The notes below the pieces were generated by a model that did not search any database, was not told where the DNA came from, and saw nothing but the letters and a program-made list of their open reading frames with translations. The position numbers and the translations under genes were made by a program. Below, piece by piece: positions 7,037-16,301 of a DNA stretch of 37,573 bases; positions within the stretch are counted from its first letter, which is position 1; each line of letters begins with the position of its first letter. Source of the stretch: a virus (lineage: Duplodnaviria; Caudoviricetes); the IMG/VR virus record IMGVR_UViG_3300030397_000177, positions 1-37,573 of that record; one strand, written 5' to 3'.

Positions 7037-7543
7037 ATGAACTACTGGTTAATATCAGATACACATTTCAATCACCTAAAGCTACAAGAATGGAATAGCC
7101 GTTCAGGAGATTGGCAGGAACAACTATGGAGAGGAATCGACTTAATACCGGAAGGTGATGTGCTCATTCACTTAGGAGATATTTGCATCGGTGAAGATGC
7201 TGAAATCCATCATAGATTAATAAATACTCCAGAACAAGTAAAAAGAATACTTATCAGAGGTAATCATGATAATAAGTCGTTGACGTGGTATCAAAGGTAT
7301 TGGGATTTTGTATGTGATAGTTTTGAGCTTATATTTCAAGGACACTACTTGTACTTTAGTCACAGACCACAACCGCCAATGGGTCATTTCACATTGAATA
7401 TCCACGGACACACTCACGGTAACCTGCACAGATCAGAAGAATACGTGAGTTACTACGATAAAAGTTATCACCTTGACATTTCGCCAGAGTTAGTTGGTTA
7501 TAGACCACTACGCTTAGATACGTTATTAAAAGTTCATAAGTAA
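7037..7543 (+). CDS. Calcineurin-like metallophosphoesterase
   Basis: SDTHF, HLGD, RGNHD and IHGHTH motifs. Confidence 0.9.
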   Translation: MNYWLISDTHFNHLKLQEWNSRSGDWQEQLWRGIDLIPEGDVLIHLGDICIGEDAEIHHRLINTPEQVKRILIRGNHDNKSLTWYQRYWDFVCDSFELIFQGHYLYFSHRPQPPMGHFTLNIHGHTHGNLHRSEEYVSYYDKSYHLDISPELVGYRPLRLDTLLKVHK

Positions 7544-7557
7544 TTTAGATTAAATAT

Positions 7558-7788
7558 ATGGGTGTAGAAAAAACTAAAGATGGATATTTAGAAGTGGCTG
7601 ATTTTCAAGTTGGTGATGAGGTGGTTGTTACATACTTAGATGAATCTTCTTTCGGTAAGGTTATTGGAAAACCATTTCATGCCTTTTCTCCGCTGAATGG
7701 AGGTAATATGCATATACCTATTGAATTTGAAGACGGTGAGAAAAAGTCAGTCTGGGTGGCAATTGTAAATAAATTAGAAAGGGCTTAA
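7558..7788 (+). CDS. Hypothetical protein (SH3/KOW-like)
   Basis: FQVGDEVVV...GKV pattern. Confidence 0.5.
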   Translation: MGVEKTKDGYLEVADFQVGDEVVVTYLDESSFGKVIGKPFHAFSPLNGGNMHIPIEFEDGEKKSVWVAIVNKLERA

Positions 7789-7813
7789 ATAACCCAACCT
7801 TACCATAAAGAGT

Positions 7814-7981
7814 ATGAAATTTATATTATGGACGTTAGTCTGGTTCGGAATAAGAGCCATTGAGCAATTAGTAGACCACCATACTGGAAGAGACAAAGCG
7901 TATAACGACAGTGTGAGAGGTTGGGCAGCAATAATTACAGTGGTTTTATGGATTGTAATGTATAAAATTTTTATTGAATAA
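7814..7981 (+). CDS. Small two-TM hypothetical protein, 55 aa (not in the ORF track)
   Basis: MKFILWTLVWFGIRA...GWAAIITVVLWIVMYKIFIE. Confidence 0.55.
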   Translation: MKFILWTLVWFGIRAIEQLVDHHTGRDKAYNDSVRGWAAIITVVLWIVMYKIFIE

Positions 7982-7983
7982 CT

Positions 7984-8328
7984 ATGCCTAGTACCAACAA
8001 CCTACAAGAAATTCTTAATGAGTTTGATAAATGGTGTGACGAAGTTAAGGAAAAGTTCGATTTAGATATACCATTACTTTTTCGTCGGGATGTAAAAGAT
8101 TTATTTATAGAAAAACCAATTAAAGAAGCTTTAGAGCCACTTAGAAAGGTTATTTCCGGGTTAAGCACATACACAGATCACGACTTAGTCTGTGCATATA
8201 GTCAGTACCATATGCTTGATGATGAACAGCGAGCAGAAGAAGTTGAACCTGAATGTGATTGCGGGTTGATTAAGTATTTGGAGCTTTACAGAAACACCAA
8301 CATAAACAACTTCCTAGATAATAAGTAG
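7984..8328 (+). CDS. Hypothetical protein
   Basis: H-x3-C...CDCG possible metal site. Confidence 0.55.
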   Translation: MPSTNNLQEILNEFDKWCDEVKEKFDLDIPLLFRRDVKDLFIEKPIKEALEPLRKVISGLSTYTDHDLVCAYSQYHMLDDEQRAEEVEPECDCGLIKYLELYRNTNINNFLDNK

Positions 8329-8540
8329 GTATATGAAAAAATTCATGAAACGAACTTACAATCCAAATACTATGACTTATTCATTTAGTGATGGCAGTGG
8401 TCTTATCACTGTAAATTAGATAATAAGTAAAAAGAGTCTTAAGTTCTGCAGATGCTTAAATGAGCTAGTAACTGAGGTTATTAGCAACGTGTATAACACC
8501 GTCTGTGGAGCTTAGGTCTTAATAAGTAAAAAAGAACTTT

Positions 8541-8789
8541 ATGTATAAGCCACCAAAAGTTATAAAGTCAACAAAAAAAATAAAGGGTAGTAAGCGACAA
8601 GTTAGATTAGAAAACATGTGGTTATTATATAACTACGATACATTTCAAGGAGTTTATTGGACAAGAAAGCATGCTATGGCTGACGCTAACTGGATGATGG
8701 AAGGTATCGTTGATAATAAAAATTTACCTGAAAACTTTCAAATATTAAAAGGTACAGTAAATATCTCTTTGGAACAAATTAAAGAGTAA
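8541..8789 (+). CDS. Hypothetical protein
   Basis: ORF in the operon. Confidence 0.55.
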   Translation: MYKPPKVIKSTKKIKGSKRQVRLENMWLLYNYDTFQGVYWTRKHAMADANWMMEGIVDNKNLPENFQILKGTVNISLEQIKE

Positions 8790-8793
8790 GTAT

Positions 8794-8967
8794 ATGGAAA
8801 TAACAATAAAGCAAAACTATCCAAAACAAATAGGGAATGTAAGAGTCGACGAGGATACATACGATGAGTTAAGGAAGTTAGCTGATCGTAATGATGTAAG
8901 TATTCAGGCGGTTGTAAGAGCTGTTTTAGAAGAAGCTATTATCTCTGGTTTAGTAGTTAAAGAGTAA
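8794..8967 (+). CDS. Second ribbon-helix-helix DNA-binding protein, 57 aa (not in the ORF track)
   Basis: NVRVDEDTYDELRKLADRNDVSIQAVVRAVLEEAI. Confidence 0.7.
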   Translation: MEITIKQNYPKQIGNVRVDEDTYDELRKLADRNDVSIQAVVRAVLEEAIISGLVVKE

Positions 8968-8972
8968 GTTAT

Positions 8973-9182
8973 ATGAAAGCAAAAATTGGACAAATAGTTT
9001 ATTACAAACCTTGGAACGTGGCGGCAGAGTACCTAGCTGCTTTAGTCACTGAAATAAATGTTGAAGATTCAGGTGTCGTAAGTCTAGCTGTATTTTCTGA
9101 TAATGGGATTTTATTTAGACAGAATATACCTCAAGGTAATGATAAAGGTTGTTGGTATTTCCCAGACCAACCTAAAGACTAA
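8973..9182 (+). CDS. Hypothetical phage protein
   Basis: IGQIVYY...AALVT...GCWYFP pattern. Confidence 0.6.
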   Translation: MKAKIGQIVYYKPWNVAAEYLAALVTEINVEDSGVVSLAVFSDNGILFRQNIPQGNDKGCWYFPDQPKD

Positions 9183-9187
9183 ACTAT

Positions 9188-9688
9188 ATGGATAAAGAAA
9201 AACTGTACGAACAACTGAGAGCTAAATGCTACAAGATACTTTACCCTAAGGGTATTCCTTTGGAGAAAGGTGTTGAAGTTGCTTGGGGGTATAGACATTC
9301 GTTGAACAGCAAAAGTAAGGTTTGGAGAATTAAACGTGGGATATTTGTAAACTGGAACGAATGGCAGGGACATAATGCGATAGTTGTCTTTTATGGAAAT
9401 AAAACAACGAAAAAGCTACCAGTAGAAAATATAGAAGTTCTAGGGAAACCACTCAGCCTACAAGATGTGTTGAGGGTGTTGAAGATAAGTATACAATCAA
9501 ACCAGAATCACTCAAACCGCACGGCTGTTTATATAAGGTATGACGGGGCAATGTTTTACCAAGCAGGGTTTGTAAGTGGTGAAACGGGTCACAACGAAAT
9601 TAGATTACTCGGTATTGAATTAGACCTAACCCTTTCCATACAAGACCAATCAGAAGAAACACTACAAAAACTACTTGATTTAATTTAA
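9188..9688 (+). CDS. Hypothetical protein
   Basis: LGKPLSLQDVL...DQSEETLQKL. Confidence 0.6.
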   Translation: MDKEKLYEQLRAKCYKILYPKGIPLEKGVEVAWGYRHSLNSKSKVWRIKRGIFVNWNEWQGHNAIVVFYGNKTTKKLPVENIEVLGKPLSLQDVLRVLKISIQSNQNHSNRTAVYIRYDGAMFYQAGFVSGETGHNEIRLLGIELDLTLSIQDQSEETLQKLLDLI

Positions 9689-10147
9689 CCCATATGACCG
9701 ATGAATTTAAGAAAAAAAGATTAGAGGATCTACGGAGAAACTTTGGTGCGTTAAAACATCAGGTTTGTAATCGTGAAATGACCTTAGAACCAAACTCTAG
9801 ACGGACTTCTTAACTCCCTAAAAGATAACGAATAACTGTATGAAAACAAGTGACTCTTACATTGGTAACACCTATAAATGCGATAACTGTGGTCACTGGG
9901 GTCAACTACCTATGACACATAACTTCAAAGATACTTATTACTGTTCCGAATGTGGACACGATGTTAACGAAAATACTCATGCCTCCAATAAAGAACCTAA
10001 AACAAATAAGATGTAAAAACTGTAATAGACCTTGGTGGATTTCTAAACCTAAAGGCTATTGGAGAGAATGTGTCGCTTACTGGTGGCCAGACTTTAAAGA
10101 AGAAGAGGGAGTCTGTACCGCTACTTGTACTAAATGTCAATAATCCC

Positions 10148-10510
10148 ATGCTACAAAAAACAATAATAGAAAAAGTTGAACTAATAAGAGTAAGAACTCC
10201 AGAAATAAACGTTACTAATAGTTTAGACTTAGTGAGTATATATTTAGTAGAGTTAAGCTCTTATTTAGCTTCCTTAGGTCAAGCTTTAGGCCAATTAGAA
10301 CATAAATATAAAGTTGAACGGGTTAGAATAATGACAGAAAACCCTAAATATAGTGTGAATAAAGTAGATATGTTCGCCGAAGCTACAGAATCTTACCTAA
10401 AACTAGCTCAAGCTAAACAACTTCATAAAGACTTACTAGAACATATTCAAACCGTGAAGAGAAGACAAAACGTTTTACAAGACGAAAAGAAAGAATCTTA
10501 TTACACCTAG
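10148..10510 (+). CDS. Coiled-coil protein (possibly UvsY-like)
   Basis: ATG at 10148 within ORF 10070..10510; all-helical pattern. Confidence 0.45.
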   Translation: MLQKTIIEKVELIRVRTPEINVTNSLDLVSIYLVELSSYLASLGQALGQLEHKYKVERVRIMTENPKYSVNKVDMFAEATESYLKLAQAKQLHKDLLEHIQTVKRRQNVLQDEKKESYYT

Positions 10511-10540
10511 TTATCAACACTATCAACACCCTATAGTAAC

Positions 10541-10568
10541 TTGAAAATATAGTAAAAAGGTGTATAAT
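10541..10568 (+). promoter_or_regulatory. Candidate late promoter
   Basis: TTGAAA-16 nt-TATAAT upstream of the packaging module. Confidence 0.5.
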
Positions 10569-10623
10569 TAGGGCAGAAATATAGAAAAACCCACTAGGGT
10601 CGAAGTCTAAGCGATGAAGCGAC

Positions 10624-10674
10624 GGACAAGAATTACTAGTCATTAAGTTGGCTGCTAGTTCTTGTCCTTTTTTG
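10624..10674 (+). terminator. Intrinsic terminator shortly after the late promoter
   Basis: GGACAAGAATTA...TAGTTCTTGTCC followed by TTTTTT. Confidence 0.7.
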
Positions 10675-10812
10675 TTTGCTCGGGTCTTCTCTTGATAGCG
10701 TCCTGTTTAGACACTTATTAAAGAGGATGAACTTAGCTTGGTAGGTTAGTGTCGGATGGGGCATGACTACCTGTTGGCCCTTTGAGCGAGGGCCTGAGTA
10801 AGGAAATACCTA

Positions 10813-11070
10813 ATGAAAATACCTAAACAACTAGAATCAGGTGGGGTAACTTACAAGATAGTATACACAGACCTTGAAGAAAAGTTAGGAGAAGTAGACT
10901 TTATCAAACAAGAAATAAAATTTGATAGTAAATTGACTGGAGAAATATTAGGACAAGTATTCTGGCATGAAGTAATGCATACGATAAATAATGAGATTGC
11001 TCATACAGACATAGAGTTCCTAGGTCAGAGTATTTATAAGGTTTTGAAGGATAATGGTTTGTTGAAATGA
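10813..11070 (+). CDS. Small HExxH metallopeptidase-like phage protein
   Basis: FWHEVMH. Confidence 0.65.
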   Translation: MKIPKQLESGGVTYKIVYTDLEEKLGEVDFIKQEIKFDSKLTGEILGQVFWHEVMHTINNEIAHTDIEFLGQSIYKVLKDNGLLK

Positions 11071-11147
11071 AGTTTCTACTATTCCTAGCAATAGCATTAG
11101 TAGTATTAGAACTTATTTACTTTTTTAAAGAATATAATGAATAATAT

Positions 11148-11243
11148 ATGCCCCAAGGAAAAGGAACATACAAAAAACCAGGTCGTCCTAGTAAAGCACG
11201 TAAAAAGGCTGCTATGAAAGGCAGTAAAAAGCGTAAGAAATAA
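11148..11243 (+). CDS. Small basic peptide, 31 aa (not in the ORF track)
   Basis: MPQGKGTYKKPGRPSKARKKAAMKGSKKRKK, with its stop abutting the terS start. Confidence 0.6.
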   Translation: MPQGKGTYKKPGRPSKARKKAAMKGSKKRKK

Positions 11244-11708
11244 ATGGCTAGACCAACAAAATATAAAGAAGAGTATGTAAAGAAAGTGGCTAAGTATCTA
11301 GAATCTAACCAAGATGAAGAGGTCCAAGTAGTAAAGCAATCTAACTCAGAAAAAGGCTATGAAATGTATGATAACAAACTCAAAGTTAGGCTACCGACTA
11401 TCGAAGGGTTTGCTTTGTTTATAGGGGTAAATAAGACTACTTTATACGAGTGGGAGAAAAAACACCCGGAATTTTCCAACGCTTTAGGGAAGATACGGAC
11501 AGAACAGCAAGAGCGGTTGATAAATTCAGGACTTTCAGGAGACTATAACCCAACGATTGCGAAGCTTATATTATCTAGTAATCATGGGATGAGTGAGAAA
11601 ACAGATATGACAAGTGGGGGTGAGAAGTTAGAAGTAATACCAATTTATGGAGGTCTTTCAGGACACAAAGGCAACACAGAAAATATTCAGTCTGAAGAAG
11701 AGGATTAG
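11244..11708 (+). CDS. terS: Terminase small subunit
   Basis: MARPTKY, HTH PTIEGFALFIGVNKTTLYEW; overlaps terL. Confidence 0.8.
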   Translation: MARPTKYKEEYVKKVAKYLESNQDEEVQVVKQSNSEKGYEMYDNKLKVRLPTIEGFALFIGVNKTTLYEWEKKHPEFSNALGKIRTEQQERLINSGLSGDYNPTIAKLILSSNHGMSEKTDMTSGGEKLEVIPIYGGLSGHKGNTENIQSEEED

Positions 11709-12864
11709 GGCAGTAAGCGGAGGAACTTCAGCTAGTAAAACAATTAGTATACTGGTTTGGTGTATAGATTATGCACAAACACAGAAAAACAAAAAGATCG
11801 ACGTATTCGCTGAGAGTTATCCTCACTTAGATGATGGAGCAATCAAGGATTTTAAAACGATAATGTCGGCTAATAACTATTGGGAAGACAAAAGATGGAA
11901 CGGTACAAAACATACGTATACCTTTCATACTGGATCAGTAATAAAGTTCATTTCAGTAGATAAGTTGGGTAAGGCTAAGGGGCCAAGGCGTGATGTGGGT
12001 TTTATTAACGAGGCTAATCACGCCATGACTTGGGAAGTATTTGATCAATTATTGGTTCGTACTAAAGAGGTAATGTGGTTAGATTGGAATCCTAGTGAAG
12101 AATATTGGTATTACGAAAAGATAAAAGATAAAAGAGACCACGACTTTCTTAAACTGACTTACCTTGACTGTTTAAATACATTAGATCAGACAATTATTGA
12201 TGATATTGAGAGCCATAAAGATGATAAGAATTGGTGGAAAGTATATGGTTTGGGTGAGTTAGGAGAAATAGAAGGTAGAATCTATACAGGTTGGAAAGTT
12301 GTTGATGAAATACCTTTTGAGGCAAGATTAGAACGCTATGGGTTAGACTTCGGATACACAAACCACGAAACAGCTATAGTGTCGGTTTATTACTACAACG
12401 GCGGATGGATTTTACAGGAGGAGTGCTACAAAAAAGGAATGAGTAATAGAGATATAGCGGACTTGTTAAAAGTTTTACCTGACAGACTAGTTATAGCAGA
12501 CAACGCAGAACCCAAAAGTATAGCAGAGATAAGTAGTTACGGAATAAATATTCAACCATGCAAGAAAGGGAAAGATAGTGTCAGAATGGGTATACAGTTG
12601 GTTCAAGACCAGCCAATTGCAGTAACAAAGAAGAGTACAAAGTTACTAAAAGAGTATAGGAATTATATGTGGGCTACTGATAAGAATGGAGCCTATCTAA
12701 CGCCCAACGAGCCAGTAAAGATAAATGATCATTGTATGGATGCCCTAAGGTATGCACTAGAAACTCTAGGAAGACTAAAACAAGAGACTAGTTATTGGGA
12801 TAGAGTGTTCGAAGACGAGTTACATCCAGAGTTAGTAAGTAATAACTTTAATAAAGGAAGATAA
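11647..12864 (+). CDS. terL: Terminase large subunit (PBSX-like)
   Basis: GGTSASKT (Walker A), FINEA (Walker B), DWNP, GLDFG and DHCMDALRY. Confidence 0.95.
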   Translation: MEVFQDTKATQKIFSLKKRIRAVSGGTSASKTISILVWCIDYAQTQKNKKIDVFAESYPHLDDGAIKDFKTIMSANNYWEDKRWNGTKHTYTFHTGSVIKFISVDKLGKAKGPRRDVGFINEANHAMTWEVFDQLLVRTKEVMWLDWNPSEEYWYYEKIKDKRDHDFLKLTYLDCLNTLDQTIIDDIESHKDDKNWWKVYGLGELGEIEGRIYTGWKVVDEIPFEARLERYGLDFGYTNHETAIVSVYYYNGGWILQEECYKKGMSNRDIADLLKVLPDRLVIADNAEPKSIAEISSYGINIQPCKKGKDSVRMGIQLVQDQPIAVTKKSTKLLKEYRNYMWATDKNGAYLTPNEPVKINDHCMDALRYALETLGRLKQETSYWDRVFEDELHPELVSNNFNKGR

Positions 12865-12865
12865 T

Positions 12866-13117
12866 ATGTCTTATTTCACAAAAAGTAACATGATACTGGC
12901 TAGTGATAGATTCCTAGTTAAAAAGAAACGAGAAGCACCAATTGATAAAGAAATATCAAAGATTCTAGGCAAAGAGGTTAGAACCACTGACCCTAGATTA
13001 ATTAAAGCTGTTGTTGAGCATAAGAAGGCATTAAACAAGCCTGATACCGATTTATCACGTGATGATATGCTTTACGATCAAAGGTTTATTAAACGATTAA
13101 AAAAAGCGTTTGAGTAG
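12866..13117 (+). CDS. Hypothetical protein
   Basis: Coupled ORF. Confidence 0.55.
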   Translation: MSYFTKSNMILASDRFLVKKKREAPIDKEISKILGKEVRTTDPRLIKAVVEHKKALNKPDTDLSRDDMLYDQRFIKRLKKAFE

Positions 13118-13418
13118 TATGTACAAAGTAGTATTAGATCATTCAGGAGAGGAATATAAAGCTACTGGTAAAACAGTGGACGAGGCTTTAGTTAAAATGG
13201 GGCTTACTTGGGATAGAATCAAGGCTAAAGGAGTAATAAAAATAAGTAAAGGAAAACAAAGCTACGAACATGTATTTACAGCTATAAAGCTTAGACGGTT
13301 ATTTGGTAACAAGCTAACAAGAGCCTTATGGGGTAAGAGATTACAATTTTTTGTTGATTCAGAGAAAGAGACAAATTTACCTGAAAAGATAGAGGTTAAG
13401 AAAAAAGTTAAAAAGTAA
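13110..13418 (+). CDS. Hypothetical protein
   Basis: Coupled ORF. Confidence 0.55.
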   Translation: MSSMYKVVLDHSGEEYKATGKTVDEALVKMGLTWDRIKAKGVIKISKGKQSYEHVFTAIKLRRLFGNKLTRALWGKRLQFFVDSEKETNLPEKIEVKKKVKK

Positions 13419-13433
13419 CTTAATATTTTAGTT

Positions 13434-13494
13434 AAAAATAGCTCTACGAACTACAAGCCATGTAGAGCGGCTTGTAACCCGTAGAGCTATTTTT
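13434..13494 (+). promoter_or_regulatory. Long hairpin before the portal gene (terminator or RNase III-like site)
   Basis: AAAAATAGCTCTACG/CGTAGAGCTATTTTT plus TACAAGCC/GGCTTGTA. Confidence 0.6.
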
Positions 13495-15292
13495 GTTTGA
13501 AAATATGCATGAAATAAAAAACATATACGACTTTGTAGAGCATTCAATCACTGAGTACGAAAGTCCAAAGGGAATAGAGCTTGAAGATGGTTGGAGTTGG
13601 TGGATGAAGGGTCATCTACGACGTTCGTTTTTGTATCTTAACGGTCAATTTGAAGAACAAAATGAAAATCGTGACCTAAGGCCTAATAAGAACATTGTAC
13701 TACCTATAATGAATGTACAGTATCGAACCGAGGGGTTTGATGTAAAGGATATTGAGTTGTATATCGAGAATCCAGATCAGTATTACAAGTCAATGTTAGT
13801 ACGTAAGTATCACCCGTGGTGGGCATTGAATAACGACATTGATACATTTATTGACCAGATGACGGTTAGTTTCTGTACATATGGTGGGGTGTTGACCCGT
13901 AAGACTGAGAACGCTAAACCAGAAGTGGTACAACTAAGAACTTTAGCGTTTTGTAACCAGACTGACATTCTAAACTATCCGTTTGCTATTAGACATTCAT
14001 TTAGTCCTTCACAGTTACGCACAGAGAATAAGAAATGGGGTAAGGAAAAATACGGGGCAAGTATAGATGTAGAGACATTGATTAAATTAGTAGAAAAAGA
14101 AGGTGAAAAGCATATAGAAGTGTTTGAAGTTCACGGAACATTACCAACCGAGTGGTTAGGGGATAACGAGCAATACGATCCTGAAAAGTCTAAGGACACT
14201 CAACAAGTACAGATCATAGCTTTTTATAAGAAACCAGAAGGTCAGAAACAGGGAGTTTGTTTATTTAGACACCGTGAACCTAGTTTGCCTTTTAAGTTTA
14301 AGAAACGTGACGAAGTAGAAGAACGAGCAGTTGGACGTGGTGGGGTTGAGGAACTCTTTGAACCACAAGTTTGGACTAACCAGAATGAGATTTGGATTAC
14401 CGAGATGTTAGAAGGTGCCTCAAAGACGTTGTTTGCTAGTGATGATCCGTCGTTTAAGAGTAGAAACAATCTATCTAGCGTTAAGAATAATGAGGTGTTG
14501 AAGCTAATGGACGGTAAGCAGGTAGCTCAAATAGATACTTACCCTAGAAACTTAGCATTATTTAACGATTCGGTAGCTAGATGGCAACAACATGGACAGC
14601 TACTAGGTTCGGCTAGTGACCCGTTACTGGGAGAGACACCGTCTTCAGGTACTCCGTTTAAGTTATTCGAGGCACAGCAACTAGAGAGTAAGTCAATGCA
14701 TCGGTATAGACAAGGGCAACTAGCTACTTTCATGGACGAAATCTATAGAGACTGGATACTACCACATTTAGCTAATGAAATCAGCAATGAACATACATTC
14801 ATGGATGAATTATCAGTAGACGAGATGCAAGAAGTGGTTGAAAAGGTAACGACTAAGAAGACTAACCAACTAAAAAAGAATCTTATTCTATCGGGCCAAA
14901 TAGTAGACGATAGTTTACTAGAAGATTTTAAGGTAAAGATCCGCGAAGACTTATTAAAACAGGGAAATAAACGGTTCTTCAAGATATTAAAGGGTGAGAT
15001 GAAGGATGCCAACTTAAAAGTACGAACAAATATTGCAGGAAAACAAAAGAATCTAGCGTTACTAACGGATAAACTGGTGAATGTTATGAGACAGTATATT
15101 GCTACTCCACAGATACGACAGGATCCTGAAATGGCTAAGTTGCTCAACGTTATTTTAGAGAGTTCTGGGTTGTCGCCAATCATGTTTGGCCCTGCTCCAG
15201 CGGTGGTCAACACTCAACCTAGTAACGCGACCCAACCCTTACAACAACTTAGTCAAAGTCAAGCTAATCAGCAACAAAGTCAACAAGTATGA
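13493..15292 (+). CDS. Portal protein
   Basis: About 600 aa after terL, GRGGVEELFEPQ...N motif, Q-rich tail. Confidence 0.8.
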   Translation: MFENMHEIKNIYDFVEHSITEYESPKGIELEDGWSWWMKGHLRRSFLYLNGQFEEQNENRDLRPNKNIVLPIMNVQYRTEGFDVKDIELYIENPDQYYKSMLVRKYHPWWALNNDIDTFIDQMTVSFCTYGGVLTRKTENAKPEVVQLRTLAFCNQTDILNYPFAIRHSFSPSQLRTENKKWGKEKYGASIDVETLIKLVEKEGEKHIEVFEVHGTLPTEWLGDNEQYDPEKSKDTQQVQIIAFYKKPEGQKQGVCLFRHREPSLPFKFKKRDEVEERAVGRGGVEELFEPQVWTNQNEIWITEMLEGASKTLFASDDPSFKSRNNLSSVKNNEVLKLMDGKQVAQIDTYPRNLALFNDSVARWQQHGQLLGSASDPLLGETPSSGTPFKLFEAQQLESKSMHRYRQGQLATFMDEIYRDWILPHLANEISNEHTFMDELSVDEMQEVVEKVTTKKTNQLKKNLILSGQIVDDSLLEDFKVKIREDLLKQGNKRFFKILKGEMKDANLKVRTNIAGKQKNLALLTDKLVNVMRQYIATPQIRQDPEMAKLLNVILESSGLSPIMFGPAPAVVNTQPSNATQPLQQLSQSQANQQQSQQV

Positions 15293-15486
15293 AGGCACTA
15301 AAAATCATTAAGGAAGTTTATAAGAGAAAAGAAGAAACGAGGAAGAGAGTGTCTAATAAAATTCTAGACATTTTTGTAGAAGAGGGTATAGCAGAGGAAG
15401 AAGTCATTGATATTATAGACGCATTTAAGTTAGAGTTTTTATCAATAATGGCAGAAAAGAATGCCGAGAAAAACGGAAAAGTATGA
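15289..15486 (+). CDS. Hypothetical protein
   Basis: ATGA overlap with the portal gene. Confidence 0.55.
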   Translation: MKALKIIKEVYKRKEETRKRVSNKILDIFVEEGIAEEEVIDIIDAFKLEFLSIMAEKNAEKNGKV

Positions 15487-15737
15487 ACCGACTCTTAGAA
15501 GAACAACTAGAGATTTTAAATAATAATAAAGCAATGCTACAGGCAGTTGAGAAGATTTTTAAGGAGCAGATTAAAGACGCCAAACCAAGTACTGAAACTG
15601 GTGATAGTAATGATGTTTTAGGACAAAAGTTCAGAGCGTACGAAAAAGCGGAAGAGATATTAAATAACGCAATACTTGAAATTAAATCTTATAAAAAAGA
15701 AACACATAAAGAAGAGGTCATTAATAAAGCTAGATAA
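15483..15737 (+). CDS. Hypothetical protein
   Basis: ATGA overlap; helical post-portal protein. Confidence 0.6.
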   Translation: MNRLLEEQLEILNNNKAMLQAVEKIFKEQIKDAKPSTETGDSNDVLGQKFRAYEKAEEILNNAILEIKSYKKETHKEEVINKAR

Positions 15738-15748
15738 TTTAAAAGTTT

Positions 15749-16300
15749 ATGAAGGAATACTCCAAATTTTTTCTATTGATAGTTACTTCGGTAGCCGTGG
15801 GCATGCTTGTTTATCAAGTTGTTACCGATCAACTTTCACAAGGTCCAAGCGCCCCAGAAGATGCAATTATACTGGGGAGTGGGGGTAGTACAGCAGTAGC
15901 CACAAATTTGATTGGTACTAGTGCCGCGCCGGTTTATCTTACAGCGACATCAGCTACTAGCACATCAAATACAATCATGGTCGGCTTTGAAGCAGATCAG
16001 ATTGATTTGAATGTACAGGTAACCGCCTCTACTACAGCCTCACAAGTTCAATGGCAGTATGAGTTTTCCCATGACGGGACTAACTGGTTCGGAGAAGATA
16101 CTAAATCATCTTCGGGGTCTACAGTAACCCACCAAGCAGCAACTACAACTCATCAATGGACACCTGGAACCACTATCCCAGCTAATAAAAATATCGGAAT
16201 CGGTAGTGTAGCCACCAGGTTCTTTAGGTTAAAGGTCTATAGAGCACCTGAAACCGCGAACGTCGCTGTTTGGGTTCAAGGTATAGCTAAGTCTCAATAA
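15749..16300 (+). CDS. Beta-rich virion-like protein with an N-terminal TM anchor
   Basis: TM at residues ~7-25; EFSHDGTNWF and RFFRLKV jelly-roll-like motifs. Confidence 0.6.
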   Translation: MKEYSKFFLLIVTSVAVGMLVYQVVTDQLSQGPSAPEDAIILGSGGSTAVATNLIGTSAAPVYLTATSATSTSNTIMVGFEADQIDLNVQVTASTTASQVQWQYEFSHDGTNWFGEDTKSSSGSTVTHQAATTTHQWTPGTTIPANKNIGIGSVATRFFRLKVYRAPETANVAVWVQGIAKSQ

Positions 16301-16301
16301 T

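Noticed and set aside
10512-10529. TATCAACAC tandem duplication as an iteron or origin
   Set aside because: There are only two copies and no adjacent initiator gene, which is insufficient evidence.
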